Below are positions 56,201 through 58,762 of a stretch of DNA of 58,762 nt, piece by piece (position 1 is the stretch's first letter; every line of letters starts with the position of its first letter). The DNA comes from a virus (taxonomy: Duplodnaviria > Caudoviricetes). The position numbers and the translations under genes are program-made. Location: positions 1 through 58,762 of the IMG/VR virus record IMGVR_UViG_3300035070_002022. One strand, written 5' to 3'. The notes beneath the pieces are model-generated. The model saw nothing but the letters and a program-made list of their open reading frames with translations, did not search any database and was not told the DNA's origin.

Positions 56201-57882
56201 AGAACCTGTATTGCATCTCCCATCCAAGAAAGAACGTTTGTGTCAGTAGAGTTTAAATCATAAGGAGCATATATTGTTGATCCAGAATAAAATAAGTTGT
56301 CTTTAGTAGCGCCTGCGTCCGCGGAAGAAAGTATAACAGGTGACTGCCTTCCAAACTTGTCTGCTAAAACAAATCCTACTTGGTAGTTTCTATTTCTTTT
56401 AACCGAATGGTTAGGATATTCTACCCAATTGTTAAAGGCCCCTGTTGAAGACTTAGGCTCTACCCTACAATTGTAATTTATGGTTTTAGGGGGCGTATGT
56501 TGATCTCTATAGTTTCCGTATATAATTCTATTTCCAGCAACCTCTTGAGATAAGGCTCTTACCGGAACTTTGTCATAAACTCTTACAGTTTGTGCCTCTG
56601 GCAGTGTTCTATAAGGCTTTCTGGATTGATATTCATAAGTGTAATAATTACTTGACCCGCTATCCCCAGCTATTGTTCCAGCCGCAATAGTAGTTAAAAC
56701 TTTCACAGCTAATGCATCGCTTTCCCTGAATAGTATTTCTAAGTCTTTTATTTTGTAATCTGAAACTATTTTGTTTCCTAAAGTAGGCAGTGGCACAACT
56801 AAATTCACATTTTGAACTAAGTTTTCCATAAAGCCTACAATAGTGGATTGATAAGCAGCGTTTTCGTCTCCGTTGATAAAAAATCCCTTTTGCTTGGGTA
56901 TATAAGCTATTTGCGTGAAAGGAGCCATTAGCGAATATTCATTGTCATCAAATTTAAACCTATAGCTAAATCTAACAAATTTGTCTTCAAGAAAATCTGG
57001 ATCTCCTGGCCAGGTGTCATCATCGCTTTTATTGCTCATGGTAGAGCTTATTAGCGATACGTATTGCCCAGCTGTAGGCGCTATTGCCATGGCAGGAGAT
57101 ACGGTTATTGTCGTAGGCCCTGAAGTTCCTATTGCTAAAACGCTTGTAACCGTAACATAATCTGTTCCTTGAGTAGGGGGAGTTGATTCAGAACAAACAA
57201 CTGTAGCTCCTATATAAGCAGATAATTCTACGCTCCTATCTCCCGCCACCTGAAAAGAAGTGACAGAAGCGCCTGATATAACCTGCAAGTCAGCTCTGTT
57301 ATAAAGCTGAATAACCGGGTACGGATTATACTTAGCTACAGATATTTGGTGCTCTTGCGTATAATAATCTACACCCGTAGATATTTGAGTAGGGTCAAAT
57401 GCCTCTGCTAAATTAACGTTTATTTTTCTAGGCTGATTTCTATTATCTGTCCAAAACAATAGATTTTCAAGCAGGTTGATACCTACTATCCTGTTTGTTA
57501 TTGAAAAGTTTAAAAACTCTCCTTGCACTAATCTTTTATAGGATCCCGTGGAATTGTTGTAAGAGTATATATAATGCTTTGAAGTAGATGGAGCATTAGT
57601 GGGGTTGGCTATATCGGGATCTTCATAGTCCGTTAAAAACACAAATAATCTATCTGTAGAGTTATCCGTCTCAATGCCTATTATAGTCAAGCCATTGCCT
57701 ATATCGGTTCCGGTAACCAAATCGTTACCAATTATGTTTTCTAAGGCACCTACATCGTTATCTTCGGATCTACCAACTGATATATTCCGAGCATCTCTAT
57801 ATTCGCCGTTAGGCAATATTCTATCATCAAGATCTTTATTCATCTTGGATTTTAGAAATGTGTTTTTGATTTCTTGTGCCAT
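53206..57882 (-). CDS. Tail nozzle/stabilisation protein, N-terminal part with a large variable extension
   Basis: KMNKDLDDR...GEYRDARN...GALENI.GN; LFWTDNRNQPRKIN; FSYRFKFDDNEYS. Confidence 0.75.
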   Translation of the reverse strand: MAQEIKNTFLKSKMNKDLDDRILPNGEYRDARNISVGRSEDNDVGALENIIGNDLVTGTDIGNGLTIIGIETDNSTDRLFVFLTDYEDPDIANPTNAPSTSKHYIYSYNNSTGSYKRLVQGEFLNFSITNRIVGINLLENLLFWTDNRNQPRKINVNLAEAFDPTQISTGVDYYTQEHQISVAKYNPYPVIQLYNRADLQVISGASVTSFQVAGDRSVELSAYIGATVVCSESTPPTQGTDYVTVTSVLAIGTSGPTTITVSPAMAIAPTAGQYVSLISSTMSNKSDDDTWPGDPDFLEDKFVRFSYRFKFDDNEYSLMAPFTQIAYIPKQKGFFINGDENAAYQSTIVGFMENLVQNVNLVVPLPTLGNKIVSDYKIKDLEILFRESDALAVKVLTTIAAGTIAGDSGSSNYYTYEYQSRKPYRTLPEAQTVRVYDKVPVRALSQEVAGNRIIYGNYRDQHTPPKTINYNCRVEPKSSTGAFNNWVEYPNHSVKRNRNYQVGFVLADKFGRQSPVILSSADAGATKDNLFYSGSTIYAPYDLNSTDTNVLSWMGDAIQVLVNQPISSTMDLAAGTPGLYALKQQAASTGEGFAITDAFAVGGESPITDTTWTFTADTTYPNNQNIPQQNDYLRGAYEDFVKVKTVVNTVGSTYLVTTSGKVNDLYLRENDLPPSQPDLKFAYTINDLGWYSYKIVVKQTEQDYYNVYLPGILNGYPGQSKAGQEVGGNFPANEVGLTAHTVLFNDNINKVPRDLKEVGEQDKQFRSSVVLYGRVSNTMLSTSEASNYQYYPRLSSTGKNAIDHTAIAIATADEFDMSFQELSESGGTTVGGDFGNKVFYQIDTNPLIARISTTEKSIGQPNITTGTGAPFNMLPYLAIYETAPFESNLDLYWETSSEGLIVDLNAAIASSNTGVTGFQGLTWDFKEDIATNTAVTTAWFSPIDNQGLPFTNLVTASLISATNGNGNEVGFFELESGAVGGANEGEFKIIYSGSGIVFTQGSNIIDVYSFVIRCTTLEGITTDVVLQGEPEGFGALQNITPSFDAISNIVKSQSDRVLMAPALWDSAVNGTSLTGIPAKQQLIYSFSGTSGEQLPANWAMDPNSGKLTQFVPGESTSTAGENIFEGNPIGTYNVTIKLTDVNAESPANTSNPYTSFSASQDITIRLAYPAVNPEALWNDTCIITPTSPGNNNVSNGVLRTNVPTNNGTSTSVIYYITETTPATGDEPAFFFGNGIQPATDTDNLYYYKIGTGGHYKGSIAFTVNFYMPFNVPGQGASARVPRTYFYYREEGTSEWLKLPRSMEGNRVGYNNFMTFPTYDAPSLELTDGYVFNYGPDPVWAQGIRSVSLGSAASALGTETPPKIEYAIFVEGLRQTAGATNNSNTAMVWLGVDDLHYPTCVPWQGTNAVEANGGNPGATYPYYKYFRSTGGGNSTSYTDLSSSTDYVWAETPYGDYVNQFYTSQTGYVPFKPAAGSNYINFKIDRAMPVSTLLPWTNKPLPGNPPPASTPVNLQWVAGYDETSGNKIVNSGITSGVSAIQTTNEQGFSPGRGTLRISKN

Positions 57883-57886
57883 TAAA

Positions 57887-58762
57887 TTATGATTTTATCC
57901 ATTTAGATTTACCTCTCATTACTTGTACTATCTCTGATAGTTTAATGTTAGATAATCTTATTTTAGCATTTCTTAGCTTAGCAGATCTGTCTTTCTTCAA
58001 ACGCTGTATAACGTACTCTGGTTGATTAATTCTTCCCGCTAATATAGAATATAGTATGTGCGCATATAATGCATCCTCGGCCATCTTAGGTATCCTAGAA
58101 TCCAAGTCATACGCTAATCCGTCTGATATGTAGTCAAGTATTATTAATCTGTCTTTCAGGTTAGAAGAAAAAGCTATTGTGCCGTCTCTTTCATTCATAT
58201 TAAACCAGCCATTTCTTTGTGCATTTTGTGGATCGTTGCCATATCTTTGCCCGTAAAATGGATTGCCTGTTAAGTAATTACCGTAAGACCAGTAATCCTC
58301 AAATGTTATATTGCCATTTAATAATCTATCATTAGCTTCCCCCCATCTTTCGTTTGTAATAGAAGTACCTTCCAAAAGATCGCCAGTATTATCCATAGTG
58401 TAATCCCCTACCTCATCCTGCAGCGGCACTTCGTAGGGGCTGCTGGTTAAATTGTTTGCTGGATATATTGGGTGTCTTACACCTAATTGATCTATATAAG
58501 CTAAGCTAACGTAGTTTACGTAGTCTTGTGGTATTGTAACGCCTAGGCTAGGAGGAATAGTTATTTCTTGAGACTTAACACTTTTTAAAGTATCGTAACT
58601 AAATTCTTGCAATCCTCTTTTAGCATGGAATATTACGTCTGTTCTTTTAACATCCCCTATTAATTTATGCTCACCAACGTAGGTTGCAATAAATCCGTTA
58701 ATAACATCGTTTAAAGAAGTGTAAGCGTAGCTTCCGTAGTTTTCTTGTACTGTATCTCCAAA
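57887..58762 (-). CDS. Tail tubular/adaptor (ring) protein, 5'-truncated
   Basis: Frame stays open to the window edge (GDTVQENYGSY...FHAKRGLQEFSYD); PQDYVNYV and LDYISDG motifs. Confidence 0.7.
   Translation of the reverse strand, partial: FGDTVQENYGSYAYTSLNDVINGFIATYVGEHKLIGDVKRTDVIFHAKRGLQEFSYDTLKSVKSQEITIPPSLGVTIPQDYVNYVSLAYIDQLGVRHPIYPANNLTSSPYEVPLQDEVGDYTMDNTGDLLEGTSITNERWGEANDRLLNGNITFEDYWSYGNYLTGNPFYGQRYGNDPQNAQRNGWFNMNERDGTIAFSSNLKDRLIILDYISDGLAYDLDSRIPKMAEDALYAHILYSILAGRINQPEYVIQRLKKDRSAKLRNAKIRLSNIKLSEIVQVMRGKSKWIKS

Noticed and set aside
1-58762. Stop-codon reassignment as in some crAss-like phages
   Set aside because: Long genes are open in the standard code, and TAA, TAG and TGA all end genes at sensible positions

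Overview
This window is most of the genome of a tailed dsDNA phage with podovirus-type organisation. The host is most likely Bacteroidota/Flavobacteriia (inferred from SD-less A-rich start contexts, GNVGIGTTSP-repeat fibres and crAss-like-type portal, terminase and tail proteins). There are three blocks. (1) 1-21500, minus strand: portal, terminase, lysis genes, GroEL/GroES and tail fibres. (2) 21790-38778, plus strand: ~30 small early genes, then a sigma factor and a replication/nucleotide module (ERF, exonuclease, SSB, primase-helicase, thyA, MazG, endonuclease I, nrdB, nrdA; no DNA polymerase seen). (3) 38925-58762, minus strand: tail tube/nozzle and ejection proteins, including a 3210-aa polyvalent protein. 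The most notable signal is two non-host promoter classes. Class I is TTGCAGAC-N5-ACG-N10-GATAATA-N4-TGWAW (11 copies) and class II is CGTAG-N13-YRYGT-GATWAT-ATA (5 copies); both have a GATWAT box behind an 18-bp spacer. Only one free sigma gene is present, but the giant virion protein has a sigma-region-2-like segment next to zincin and HAD domains. My hypothesis is a virion-delivered sigma cascade. Also seen: telomere-like TTTAGGG repeats at the divergence point, a 22-bp iteron-like repeat, a chimeric micropeptide family and candidate structured ncRNAs. All protein calls are by-eye motif recognition; no searches were run.
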